Of a DNA stretch of 30,131 nucleotides, positions 17,504 to 27,012 are shown in pieces (position 1 is the first letter of the stretch; each line of letters starts with the position of its first letter). A model generated the notes under the pieces. It was not told where the DNA came from and did no database searches. It saw nothing but the letters and a program-made list of their open reading frames with translations. The stretch is taken from IMG/VR virus record IMGVR_UViG_2923292180_000002; one strand, given 5' to 3'. Position numbers and translations under genes: made by a program. The stretch is from a virus (lineage: Duplodnaviria > Heunggongvirae > Uroviricota > Caudoviricetes).

Positions 17504-18358
17504 TCAGCAGTTCGTCATCAGGGCGTCACCGCCACCACCGGTGGCCTTGCTGCGGCGCTGCTGGGTCAGACTTTCGGTGTGGTCGAGACTGTTTTTCAGG
17601 CGGGTGAATGCCTGGCTGGTTTCATCCGCCCTGTCAGTCACCTCCTGCTTAAGTGCAGAAAAGGCGGTTTCCATCTCAGAGAGGCGCTGCTCAGTGGCGC
17701 TCAGTTTTTCCTGCACATGTTCAGCAACAGCGGTCACCGCTTCATGCACGTCATTCAGACGGGCGTCATCGCTGGCCTGTTTGCGGCCAAAAATGGATTT
17801 CACCTTTTCAGTCAGGGCGGTGAACACGGTTTCAGGCAGGTCTTCAAATTCCAGCTCAACAGGCGTTGCCACTGAAATCAGGTTTTCAGGGCTTAATTTG
17901 AAGCGGTTCAGGGGGTTGTGTTTTGCCGTGCGGCAGAATTCCAGGTATTCCGTGCCGAGGCTTGCCGGGTCATCGGTGACGGCCAGACCCACCAGATAAC
18001 ATTTGCCGGTGTTGGCAAAGTTCGGCTGAATTTCCATTGAGGTGTAGACCTTCTGCGCGGCCTTGTTCATCGCGATAAGGTCATCGGTCGGGGTGATTTT
18101 CGCAAACAGCGCCCATTTGCCTTTCAGCGCCGAATCATCGTCAATCTTTTCGGCCTTCAGTTCGGCCACATCGCCATAACGCTTAAAAATACCGTCAGGC
18201 AGGATGCCGCGCAGATGTTCCAGGTTAATGCGGCAACCATAGACTCGCGGGTCAAAGGTTTCGGCCATTTCCTGAATATCCTGCGCACTGATGACACGCC
18301 CGTCACAGGTGTCACCCTCAACGCCGATACGAAAGAATTTTGAGACTTTTTTTGCCAT
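17504..18358 (-). CDS. O: Capsid scaffolding protein O
   Basis: Internal start MAKKVSKFFRIGVEGDTCDGR gives 284 aa (P2 gpO length); the ORF track start at 18424 is 22 codons upstream. Confidence 0.85.
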   Translation of the reverse strand: MAKKVSKFFRIGVEGDTCDGRVISAQDIQEMAETFDPRVYGCRINLEHLRGILPDGIFKRYGDVAELKAEKIDDDSALKGKWALFAKITPTDDLIAMNKAAQKVYTSMEIQPNFANTGKCYLVGLAVTDDPASLGTEYLEFCRTAKHNPLNRFKLSPENLISVATPVELEFEDLPETVFTALTEKVKSIFGRKQASDDARLNDVHEAVTAVAEHVQEKLSATEQRLSEMETAFSALKQEVTDRADETSQAFTRLKNSLDHTESLTQQRRSKATGGGGDALMTNC

Positions 18359-18531
18359 TGTCAGGAGTCCTGAATAGTGATTAGAGGAGTCACATGTCGG
18401 CATCAGTTTCCCGACGATGCGCATCCTCCGCCATCAGTCCCGGATGGCTTATCACTGACACAACAGCACCTTAGCGAATCGCGGGGCGCGACTCAGTAGC
18501 CTTGCCGTGTATTCATCACGGCGAGGTATTC
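18359..18531. promoter_or_regulatory. Divergent late promoter region (P_O leftward, P_P rightward), expected Ogr-dependent
   Basis: 173-bp gap between the divergent O and P starts. Contains an imperfect dyad GTCGG-N10-CCGAC at 18396..18415. I could not find a clean TGT-N12-ACA element by eye, so exact promoter positions are not assigned. Confidence 0.4.
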
Positions 18532-20304
18532 ATGACCATCACCACAGACACCACTCTTTTACACGACCCGCGTCGTCAGGCGGCGCTGCTGTACTGGCAG
18601 GGATTTTCCGTGCCGCAGATTGCCGCCATGTTGCAGATGAAACGCCCGACGGTGCAGAGCTGGAAACAGCGCGACGGCTGGGACAGCGTTGCCCCCATCA
18701 GCCGTGTCGAAATGAGTCTGGAAGCGCGGCTGACCCAGCTCATCATCAAACCGCAGAAAACCGGCGGTGACTTCAAGGAAATTGACCTGCTCGGACGCCA
18801 GATTGAACGACTGGCACGGGTAAACCGTTACAGTCAGACCGGCAACGAGGCAGACCTTAATCCGAACGTCGCTAACCGCAACAAAGGCGGGCGTCGCAAA
18901 CCGAAAAAGAATTTTTTCAGTGACGAGGCCATCGAAAAGCTGGAGCAGATTTTCTTTGAGCAGTCTTTCGAATATCAGTTGCACTGGTATCGCGCCGGGC
19001 TTGAGCACCGCATCCGCGATATCCTGAAATCCCGCCAGATTGGCGCGACGTTTTATTTTTCCCGCGAGGCGCTGCTGCGTGCCCTGAAAACCGGTCATAA
19101 CCAGATTTTTCTGTCGGCCAGTAAAACGCAGGCGTATGTGTTCCGCGAATACATCATCGCCTTTGCCCGTCTGGTTGACGTTGACCTGACCGGTGACCCG
19201 ATTGTCCTGGGCAATAACGGCGCAAAACTGATTTTTCTCGGCACCAACTCCAACACCGCGCAGAGCCATAACGGCGACCTGTACGTCGACGAGATTTTCT
19301 GGATCCCGAATTTTCAGGTACTGCGTAAGGTGGCATCAGGTATGGCCTCACAGAGTCACCTGCGCTCGACCTATTTCTCCACCCCGTCCACGCTGGCGCA
19401 CGACGCCTACCCGTTCTGGTCAGGTGAACTGTTCAACCGGGGACGCGCCAGCGCCGCCGAACGCGTGGAAATCGACGTCAGTCATAACGCCCTTGCCGGT
19501 GGGCTTCTCTGTGCGGACGGCCAGTGGCGGCAGATTGTCACCATTGAGGACGCCCTGAAAGGTGGCTGCACGCTGTTCGACATTGAGCAGCTCAAACGTG
19601 AAAACAGCGCCGACGATTTTAAAAACCTGTTCATGTGTGAATTTGTTGACGACAAGGCGTCGGTGTTTCCGTTCGAGGAGCTGCAACGCTGCATGGTCGA
19701 CACGCTGGAAGAATGGGAAGACTATGCGCCATTTGCCGCCAATCCGTTCGGCTCCCGCCCGGTATGGATTGGTTACGACCCGTCACACCGTGGCGACAGC
19801 GCCGGATGCGTGGTGCTGGCACCGCCGGTGGTGGCCGGTGGCAAATTCAGAATACTTGAGCGTCACCAGTGGAAAGGCATGGACTTTGCCACCCAGGCGG
19901 AATCCATCTGCAAACTCACCGAAAAATACAACGTCGAATACATCGGTATTGATGCCACCGGCCTCGGTGTCGGCGTGTTCCAGCTCGTGCGCTCGTTCTA
20001 TCCCGCCGCGCGCGATATCCGCTACACACCGGAAATGAAAACCGCAATGGTGCTCAAGGCAAAAGACGTTATCCGCCGTGGCTGTCTGGAATACGACGTC
20101 AGCGCCACCGACATCACCAGCTCGTTTATGGCTATCCGCAAGACCATGACCAGCAGCGGGCGCAGCGCCACCTATGAGGCCAGCCGCAGCGAGGAAGCCA
20201 GCCACGCCGACCTCGCCTGGGCGACCATGCACGCCCTGTTAAATGAGCCACTCACCGCCGGTATCAGCACCCCGCTGACATCCACCATTCTGGAGTTTTA
20301 CTGA
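18532..20304 (+). CDS. P: Terminase ATPase (large) subunit P
   Basis: Start at MTITTDTTLLHDPRRQAALLYWQGFSVPQIAAMLQ gives 590 aa (P2 gpP length); stop overlaps the Q start. Confidence 0.88.
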   Translation: MTITTDTTLLHDPRRQAALLYWQGFSVPQIAAMLQMKRPTVQSWKQRDGWDSVAPISRVEMSLEARLTQLIIKPQKTGGDFKEIDLLGRQIERLARVNRYSQTGNEADLNPNVANRNKGGRRKPKKNFFSDEAIEKLEQIFFEQSFEYQLHWYRAGLEHRIRDILKSRQIGATFYFSREALLRALKTGHNQIFLSASKTQAYVFREYIIAFARLVDVDLTGDPIVLGNNGAKLIFLGTNSNTAQSHNGDLYVDEIFWIPNFQVLRKVASGMASQSHLRSTYFSTPSTLAHDAYPFWSGELFNRGRASAAERVEIDVSHNALAGGLLCADGQWRQIVTIEDALKGGCTLFDIEQLKRENSADDFKNLFMCEFVDDKASVFPFEELQRCMVDTLEEWEDYAPFAANPFGSRPVWIGYDPSHRGDSAGCVVLAPPVVAGGKFRILERHQWKGMDFATQAESICKLTEKYNVEYIGIDATGLGVGVFQLVRSFYPAARDIRYTPEMKTAMVLKAKDVIRRGCLEYDVSATDITSSFMAIRKTMTSSGRSATYEASRSEEASHADLAWATMHALLNEPLTAGISTPLTSTILEFY

Positions 20305-21338
20305 TGAGCAAGAAAAAAGGGAAAACACCGCAACCTGCGGCAAAAAAAATGACCGCCAGCGCCCCGAAAATGGAGGCATTCACCTTTGGTGAGCCGGTGC
20401 CGGTACTCGACCGCCGTGACATTCTGGATTACGTCGAATGCATCAGTAACGGCAGATGGTATGAGCCACCGGTCAGCTTTACCGGTCTGGCAAAAAGCCT
20501 GCGTGCTGCCGTGCATCACAGCTCCCCGATTTACGTCAAACGCAATATTCTGGCCTCGACATTTATCCCGCATCCGTGGCTTTCCCAGCAGGATTTCAGC
20601 CGCTTTGTGCTGGATTTTCTGGTGTTCGGCAATGCGTTTCTGGAAAAGCGTTACAGCACCACCGGCAAGGTCATCAGACTGGAAACCTCACCGGCAAAAT
20701 ATACCCGCCGTGGCGTGGAGGAGGATGTTTACTGGTGGGTGCCTTCCTTCAACGAGCCGACAGCCTTCGCACCTGGCTCCGTGTTTCATCTGCTGGAGCC
20801 GGATATTAATCAGGAGCTGTACGGCCTGCCGGAATATCTCAGCGCCCTTAACTCTGCCTGGCTGAATGAGTCAGCCACGCTGTTCCGCCGCAAGTATTAC
20901 GAAAACGGCGCTCATGCCGGATACATCATGTACGTTACCGATGCCGTGCAGGATCGCAACGATATCGAAATGCTTCGCGAAAACATGGTGAAGTCGAAAG
21001 GCCGCAACAACTTTAAAAACCTGTTTCTCTATGCCCCGCAGGGGAAAGCCGACGGCATTAAAATTATCCCGCTCAGTGAAGTGGCGACGAAGGACGATTT
21101 TTTTAATATCAAAAAAGCCAGCGCCGCTGACCTGCTGGACGCACACCGCATCCCCTTTCAGTTGATGGGCGGCAAGCCGGAGAACGTCGGGTCACTGGGA
21201 GATATTGAGAAAGTGGCAAAGGTCTTTGTCCGCAATGAACTTATCCCGTTACAGGACAGGATTCGGGAAATAAACGGCTGGCTCGGTCAGGAGGTCATCC
21301 GCTTTAAAAACTACTCACTGGACACTGACAACGGCTGA
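20304..21338 (+). CDS. Q: Portal vertex protein Q
   Basis: 344-aa ORF, P2 gpQ size, immediately upstream of cos. Confidence 0.9.
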   Translation: MSKKKGKTPQPAAKKMTASAPKMEAFTFGEPVPVLDRRDILDYVECISNGRWYEPPVSFTGLAKSLRAAVHHSSPIYVKRNILASTFIPHPWLSQQDFSRFVLDFLVFGNAFLEKRYSTTGKVIRLETSPAKYTRRGVEEDVYWWVPSFNEPTAFAPGSVFHLLEPDINQELYGLPEYLSALNSAWLNESATLFRRKYYENGAHAGYIMYVTDAVQDRNDIEMLRENMVKSKGRNNFKNLFLYAPQGKADGIKIIPLSEVATKDDFFNIKKASAADLLDAHRIPFQLMGGKPENVGSLGDIEKVAKVFVRNELIPLQDRIREINGWLGQEVIRFKNYSLDTDNG

Positions 21339-21342
21339 ACAT

Positions 21343-21365
21343 CGCCGCCTGCGGGCGGCTTTTTT
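21343..21365 (+). terminator. Rho-independent terminator downstream of Q
   Basis: cgccgcc-tgcg-ggcggc stem-loop followed by a run of six T, starting 5 nt after the Q stop. Confidence 0.7.
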
Positions 21366-21507
21366 ACACCCCGCCATCACGCCCTCACACGCTCACCACC
21401 GCACAAAACAGCCCGCAGACACACCAACGCCCCGGCGAACAATCTAAACGCCATCACGACGCGCTCAGACGCTGAAAAAATAAAATCAGCACCACCGCCA
21501 GCGCGCA

Positions 21508-21526
21508 GTGCTTTCCCCGCCTCGCC
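21508..21526. other. cos: cos site (19-nt cohesive end sequence)
   Basis: gtgctttccccgcctcgcc is the exact reverse complement of GGCGAGGCGGGGAAAGCAC, the P2 cohesive end as I remember it, at the expected position next to Q. Confidence 0.8.
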
Positions 21527-21682
21527 CGCCCGCTTAATGGGGCGGTTTTAATGCGGGTGCATAACCACTTCTTACCCACATCAATTCTGGTCAAGCCAAG
21601 CAGTACAGCTTATGATTTCAAGATGCAAACTCATGCAGCAATGTTAAATTCTGCATCCATCGGTTTGAAAATGTGATCCGTT

Positions 21683-22837
21683 TTACGAATTCAAACTCAA
21701 CTCTGTTTGACTCTTTTGAACATTAATAGTTTTACCAGTAAGGACATCCAAAACCCCTGCAGCAACAGCCTGCGCCAATTTACAAGGCACAGCATTCCCT
21801 ATCTGACGCCAAATTGACGAATTTTTCCCCACAAAGACATAATTACTCGGGAATGTTTGAATCAAAAGAGCCTCATCTATCGTTAGTCGACGTAAACGAC
21901 TAGGTACATCGTGCATATCTTTTGGCTCACCACCATTCATTAGATGATTATGATAAGTCTCAACATAACTTGTTGAGCCATCATAAAGGTGTTCTTCATC
22001 AATAATTGGTGTCCTATTCCCCCCCATAGAAGCAGCTATAGTTGAAGCATACCCATTCGGGTTAATTGGTCTTCCCTGCCCGTTAAACATCATTCCCGCG
22101 TAAGGTGACTTCCGTAATACTGGCTTAGCAGCATTTGTAATCCTTGCATTACAGACTCTTGAATTGTTTGGATTACCCGCTCGCCCTAAAGGCCGAATAA
22201 TCTCACCAACTGTTGGCGAAAGATATTGGTATTTTTTTATCGCCGCCTCAACTCGTTTCACATCATTTTCGGAACGAAACCCTATAAAAAACATACGTTC
22301 CCTATTCTGAGGAACGCCAAAATCTTTAGAATTCAGCACCAGCAAGGCTGAACGATAGCCTGACTTTTCAGCCATCTTAAACAGTTCACACCTAACTGGT
22401 TCAAATTTGGACAACTGTGCTAAAGCCTTAACATTCTCCATAACAAAGCATTCTGGTTGAATTATATCCACCGCCCGCATGAATGACATAACCAGCTTAC
22501 TACGTGGATCATGAGCGTCCATTTTCCCTGCCACAGAAAATCCTTGGCATGGAGGCCCACCAAAAACACAACCTATATTTTTCAGCCCAGACAATTCACT
22601 TAGCATCTCATCAATATCACCACAAAAAACAGGTGATTCATGATTAAGCTTAAATGTATCACATGCATCCTTATCTATATCATTGGCCCAAACTGTTCGG
22701 AACCCGGCATTAGAGAAACCGACATCCATCCCTCCTGCCCCAGTAAATAAGCTCACAGCTGAAATTTTGTTCACTTCTTTAGCACCAATTATTCGATTTT
22801 GGAATAAAACCAATGATAGGTAAGGATCGACACACAA
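21683..22837 (-). CDS. DNA (cytosine-5)-methyltransferase
   Basis: 384-aa ORF with C5-MTase motifs in order: FTGAGGMDVGF (I), GGPPCQGFS (IV, catalytic PC), ENV (VI), QNRERMFFIG (VIII), a variable target-recognition region, and GNAVP (X). The annotated start is a TTG; an in-frame GTG 15 codons downstream is an alternative. Region is AT-rich compared with the phage backbone. Confidence 0.85.
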   Translation of the reverse strand: MCVDPYLSLVLFQNRIIGAKEVNKISAVSLFTGAGGMDVGFSNAGFRTVWANDIDKDACDTFKLNHESPVFCGDIDEMLSELSGLKNIGCVFGGPPCQGFSVAGKMDAHDPRSKLVMSFMRAVDIIQPECFVMENVKALAQLSKFEPVRCELFKMAEKSGYRSALLVLNSKDFGVPQNRERMFFIGFRSENDVKRVEAAIKKYQYLSPTVGEIIRPLGRAGNPNNSRVCNARITNAAKPVLRKSPYAGMMFNGQGRPINPNGYASTIAASMGGNRTPIIDEEHLYDGSTSYVETYHNHLMNGGEPKDMHDVPSRLRRLTIDEALLIQTFPSNYVFVGKNSSIWRQIGNAVPCKLAQAVAAGVLDVLTGKTINVQKSQTELSLNS

Positions 22838-22857
22838 TCAATCACCTTCTAAACCAC

Positions 22858-23127
22858 ATGGCAAAACGACAACCAACTATACATGATCATAGATACAGGT
22901 GCCTAGTCCAGCTTCTCACCAAACTACGCAAAGAAGCTTCTCTTTCGCAGTCAGAATTGGCCATTTTTCTAGGATTATCACAATCAGATATATCTAAAAT
23001 CGAAAGCTTTGAAAGGCGATTAGATGCTTTAGAACTATTTGAATTATTAGAGGTGGTTGCAAGCCGATTAGGTCTACCAATGGATATCTTACTAAAGGAC
23101 ACCTATGAAAGTATTAGTAAATCATGA
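22858..23127 (+). CDS. HTH (XRE-family) regulator, putative R-M controller (C) protein
   Basis: Helix-turn-helix LSQSELAIFLGLSQSDISKIE. Divergent from the methyltransferase and overlapping the start of the downstream nuclease-like gene by 23 nt, the classic C-R arrangement. Start could instead be the upstream ATG at 22813. Confidence 0.6.
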   Translation: MAKRQPTIHDHRYRCLVQLLTKLRKEASLSQSELAIFLGLSQSDISKIESFERRLDALELFELLEVVASRLGLPMDILLKDTYESISKS

Positions 23128-24160
23128 GCAAGCCTATAATGTAATTATAAATGCAATCAACGATGCAAAAAAATTAACTGATTACAAAACAAATAATCAA
23201 TGGGTCTCCATTCAAAATGTAATTTTAGGCACCCACCTTACATACAGATATATACTTATTACTGGTTTACTTGCAAAAGCAACAGACCCTAGAGTAAACC
23301 CTCTGGCTTTACAAGCTAATGCCCCCGTAGACGGAGCCTATGATGCAAGAAGTTTATGTCATTCGGTAATAGTAGGCAAAGTAGAAGGCCCATTTTTAGA
23401 GGGTAAGTTAGGCGCATCAAATGAGCCATTTCTAAATAAACCAGCTCGTTACATGCTCCACTCCTCTGATAACCCTGTGCGCAGAGGAAATGATAAGGTT
23501 TTACAACAACTTTCAATTGATATATTACATGCAGCAACAACCCAAACCTTAGCTTATGAAATGCTTGTTATTGCATTATATTTTACCCTACAGCGAACCA
23601 ATAGAGTTATAACGCCGAACTCAATTAATTTTGATTTCCATAAGATTATTTATAATATTATATCTCATCCTTGTGATGGAGAAACATGCGCGATTGCTGC
23701 CGCAATTTCGTTACATTTATTAGGTGAACAAAGAGGATGGATAATAAAAGCACATCCCGTCAATCAGGCCGGTAGCTCCTCAAAAGAGATACTGGACATA
23801 GATGTATATCATGATGATATAGTTTTCCTTTCTATAGAAGTGAAAGACAAACCATTCAATTATCAAGATGTTAATCACGCCGTTTCAAAAGCATCTGCAT
23901 CCGGGATTTCAAAAGTTATCTTCCTTAAAGGGCCAAGAGCAACAAACTTAGATATTGATGAGTCTCTTGCGATTGAGAACGCTGCGACAAAAGGTGTTTC
24001 ACTAAGCTTTAGTGACGTCATGACATTCACAACAACATGTTATGCGTTATCGCCACTATTAAGTAATGACAGAATAATAGATTTCATAAATAACACTTTA
24101 AAAGACATCAGAGCTAAAGATAGCACTATAGAATACATACAATCCATATTTAAAAATTAA
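23105..24160 (+). CDS. Putative restriction endonuclease / PD-(D/E)xK-like nuclease (uncharacterised family)
   Basis: 351-aa ORF, strongly AT-rich, with a candidate PD-(D/E)xK motif in ILDIDVYHDDIVFLSIEVKDK (D...E-V-K). Linked to the C-like gene and the divergent C5-MTase. No family recognised by eye. Confidence 0.5.
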   Translation: MKVLVNHEQAYNVIINAINDAKKLTDYKTNNQWVSIQNVILGTHLTYRYILITGLLAKATDPRVNPLALQANAPVDGAYDARSLCHSVIVGKVEGPFLEGKLGASNEPFLNKPARYMLHSSDNPVRRGNDKVLQQLSIDILHAATTQTLAYEMLVIALYFTLQRTNRVITPNSINFDFHKIIYNIISHPCDGETCAIAAAISLHLLGEQRGWIIKAHPVNQAGSSSKEILDIDVYHDDIVFLSIEVKDKPFNYQDVNHAVSKASASGISKVIFLKGPRATNLDIDESLAIENAATKGVSLSFSDVMTFTTTCYALSPLLSNDRIIDFINNTLKDIRAKDSTIEYIQSIFKN

Positions 24161-24167
24161 TACTCCC

Positions 24168-24202
24168 GGGACAATATAGTTCACAACTACGTTGTCCCTT
24201 TT
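24168..24202 (+). terminator. Possible terminator after the nuclease-like gene
   Basis: gggacaa...ttgtccc stem (loop of about 16 nt) followed by TTTT, just after the stop at 24160. The long loop makes this weaker than the Q terminator. Confidence 0.35.
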
Positions 24203-24253
24203 AAAACAGTCAAGCAATTGCATTATATTAATTATTTACTTTTTATCACAATC

Positions 24254-26566
24254 TCATAATTCATACGCTCTCCAATCACATATAACAGGATAACTGAAGC
24301 TTCTCCCGTCGTAATTTACAGTTGCCCCACGCGCCAGCGCCTCAAGCTCCCATCGCTGCGGCCTGATACCGTTCTGAGCAAGGTCAACGCGGATACGGGT
24401 AATTTGCATTCGTTCCGACCGGGTCAGTCTGGCCGATGGCGCTATTTCATGCGGTTTTAACGGGCTTCCGCTTCTTTGCTGACGGTTTGGTGTTCTCAGG
24501 TCGTGTTTTAATGCGCCCCTGAGCGCCCTCACGACCTCCTGGTCATTCCATTCGATAACACCGTCATCAACCAGATTAAGCACTGCGGCGGCGTGCTCAG
24601 AAGGTGTGGGAGCCGGTAACGAAGCATCACTACCGGTGAGCTTTCCACAGTTATTGACAGGACTCCGAGGCGCGGCGATGCCGCTTTTTAAAGTCAAAGG
24701 CTGAACGACCGGAACTTTCGGCACAATGCGCCAGTCCGTCGTTCTGGTGATATGAATATGACGCGCGCCGAGATGCGGCGCGTAAATGCCGACCACTCTC
24801 TCGACCTCTTCCTCGTACTCGTTAACGTCATCCGACGGGCTACGGGCGACCCTGACAGTCTGACAATCGCGCGGGACATTTGCCCCACCCTGCGCGCTGA
24901 TATACAGCGCAAAATCGCCACTGTCTGCGGCAGCGCGTGCAGCCTCGACGCGTTCGTCAAACTCATCAGCAATGCTGACGCCGCGAGGCAATTTGCGTAG
25001 TTCACGGTAAGCCCCCATTGTCGGCAGGCCAACCGTTTTAAATTGCGGAATGCGCCACGTTGACGCCCATGCGGTAACAGCCGCGGCAGTGTCTTTCAGC
25101 GGCCTGCCGGTATCGTTATCGAGCTGACCATCCAGTGCATAGCCGTCGATGTTTTTTGAAATGTATTTCGCGATATATCCCGCAGCACCGCCCCGGTTAA
25201 GGTGTTTTGCCTGAAAACGGTTTCGCGCAGCTCCTCTTTCGTCTCCATCCTCTTTGAGCGCGTAGCGACGCATGATTTCGATAATCTGGTTACGCTGGCG
25301 TGGATTACAAAAAAGCATCATATGCCAGTGCGGCGTTCCGTCGTGGTGTGGCTCGACGACACGCAAACCGTAGACCTGTAAATCATTATCCTTGAATGCC
25401 GTGCGCATCAGGCTCCAGATGCGGCAGAGATAACGCTGCGCATCCTTTGGATTAAATGCCTCATCGTTCCAGCCGTGATTAAGCTGAACGGTTTTACTTT
25501 CGCCTTTTCTGACCTGACGTGTCGGGTGATACTTTGACGGCGCGGTCAGCGTGATAAACATCCCCACATCACCCTCTGCGGCGGCGTAACGCTCAATACC
25601 GGCAATGGTGTTCATCAGCTCCATCCGGCGAATTTCAGGATTAGAAATACTGCCCATCACCTTACTGATAAGGTCGATACGCTCGCCGGTTTCCCTGTTT
25701 TCAAGGTCACACGATTTAAGAAATTCCAGATTTGCCTGGCGGCGCGCACGCACATCACGAATGGCGTGTTTACTGGCATAAGGAGAACGGTCTTTATTGA
25801 CCTCCCCGACAGCTATCAGTAACGCTTCATGCCAGCGCATACGCTGGCCTTTAAGCTGATGAGTCCACCACTCATCGTTAAACAGACGGGCAATGGCAGA
25901 ATATGCCTGCCTCGTGGTCATCTGCCCTTTACGGTATTTTTTCCAGTAGAGAGGGGAAATATTGAAAGCACGTGCAGCGCCAGCAACATGACCATACAGG
26001 TGAGCCTGCGCCTCATCCGTAAACAGTGATTCTTTTTCGCCATGCGCATCCACCCAGGCATCGCAGAGTTCCTCATACATCATGAAAAGCTGCGATGAGA
26101 TACGGGCGGCAAACTTTTTCAGCTCCTTGTCATTCATTCCTGGCAGGCGCGCATAGTGGTCACGCTCTGCCAGAAACAGCAACGACGCGTCGGTGTTCAT
26201 TTCATGGCGCTGATTCACACGCTCAATACGCGGCCATAAACGACGCTGAAAAGTGGATGTGAGGAAATAAAACCCGTGTACCGGACTTTTATTGCGCCGG
26301 ATGTAGTCATAGCGTGAAGTAAACAGCGAGCGCAAAAAGTAAGGCAGGCGGTTAATCGTGGATAAAACACCTTGCACCTGACGCATCTCGTCACGTGTAA
26401 GAGGTCTTTCTCGCCCGACGGCCTCGCGTGGCGCGTTCCATGCATAAGCACCGGTAAACGTCTCACCGGTGCCTGCGGCAAATGCTGACGGAGGGACAAA
26501 ACGCCCGGAGGCTTTAACGGCCATATGAGCCAAAAGCCTCTGAACAACGCTTGCTGAGTTGCTCAA
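24254..26566 (-). CDS. A: Replication initiation protein A (rolling-circle replication endonuclease)
   Basis: 770-aa ORF in the P2 gene A position at the end of the early operon, with a two-tyrosine motif region GYIAKYISKNIDGYALDG. The real start may be the internal ATG at 26524 (MAVKAS...). Confidence 0.85.
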   Translation of the reverse strand: MSNSASVVQRLLAHMAVKASGRFVPPSAFAAGTGETFTGAYAWNAPREAVGRERPLTRDEMRQVQGVLSTINRLPYFLRSLFTSRYDYIRRNKSPVHGFYFLTSTFQRRLWPRIERVNQRHEMNTDASLLFLAERDHYARLPGMNDKELKKFAARISSQLFMMYEELCDAWVDAHGEKESLFTDEAQAHLYGHVAGAARAFNISPLYWKKYRKGQMTTRQAYSAIARLFNDEWWTHQLKGQRMRWHEALLIAVGEVNKDRSPYASKHAIRDVRARRQANLEFLKSCDLENRETGERIDLISKVMGSISNPEIRRMELMNTIAGIERYAAAEGDVGMFITLTAPSKYHPTRQVRKGESKTVQLNHGWNDEAFNPKDAQRYLCRIWSLMRTAFKDNDLQVYGLRVVEPHHDGTPHWHMMLFCNPRQRNQIIEIMRRYALKEDGDERGAARNRFQAKHLNRGGAAGYIAKYISKNIDGYALDGQLDNDTGRPLKDTAAAVTAWASTWRIPQFKTVGLPTMGAYRELRKLPRGVSIADEFDERVEAARAAADSGDFALYISAQGGANVPRDCQTVRVARSPSDDVNEYEEEVERVVGIYAPHLGARHIHITRTTDWRIVPKVPVVQPLTLKSGIAAPRSPVNNCGKLTGSDASLPAPTPSEHAAAVLNLVDDGVIEWNDQEVVRALRGALKHDLRTPNRQQRSGSPLKPHEIAPSARLTRSERMQITRIRVDLAQNGIRPQRWELEALARGATVNYDGRSFSYPVICDWRAYEL

Positions 26567-26789
26567 CCTGCGCGTTTAAATCAGCAAAAGACTTTGCGCT
26601 TCCGGTCAGAATATCGTGATGCATCAGGCCGGAAACGAGCTGGCTTAATTTCGGGTAATAACCAACCACCGACAGCCATTCCTGACCGGCGTTTTTACCG
26701 CTTTCCGCTCTCTTTTTCTCGTGGAGAATAAACTGAAAGCTGTCACTGGTAACGACATAACGTTCGCCAATTTCAATACGAATACTCAT
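26514..26789 (-). CDS. Early-operon hypothetical protein (P2 orf83-like position)
   Basis: 91-aa ORF translationally coupled between the TraR-like gene and A. Confidence 0.6.
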   Translation of the reverse strand: MSIRIEIGERYVVTSDSFQFILHEKKRAESGKNAGQEWLSVVGYYPKLSQLVSGLMHHDILTGSAKSFADLNAQVEQLSKRCSEAFGSYGR

Positions 26790-27010
26790 GCCGTTCTCCG
26801 GTAATGTTTGTTTTTTGCTTCAAAGACTGACTGACAGGAAACACAACGCGTGGCTGACGGATAAGCCGCACGACGGGCAGCAGGTATTGGCGCATCACAC
26901 TCTTCGCAAACCAGCGAAGAAACACCGCAATGTTTTACCCTTGCCGCGTTAATCTGGCGCTCCAGTAATTCAGCCTGTTGTTCCTGAATAAAATCTACGT
27001 TGTCCGGCAT
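26786..27010 (-). CDS. TraR/DksA-family C4 zinc-finger protein (P2 orf82-like)
   Basis: 74-aa ORF with CEECDAPIPAARRAAYPSATRCVSCQ (C-x2-C...C-x2-C). Confidence 0.75.
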   Translation of the reverse strand: MPDNVDFIQEQQAELLERQINAARVKHCGVSSLVCEECDAPIPAARRAAYPSATRCVSCQSVFEAKNKHYRRTA

Positions 27011-27012
27011 TA

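Noticed and set aside
18559-19269. 236-aa minus-strand ORF antisense to terminase gene P
   Set aside because: Shadow ORF within a strongly supported gene; no independent evidence.
21631-21654. Hairpin atgcag-N12-ctgcat near the 3' end of the methyltransferase gene
   Set aside because: Not followed by a T-tract on either strand, so not a convincing intrinsic terminator; could be coincidental in AT-rich DNA.
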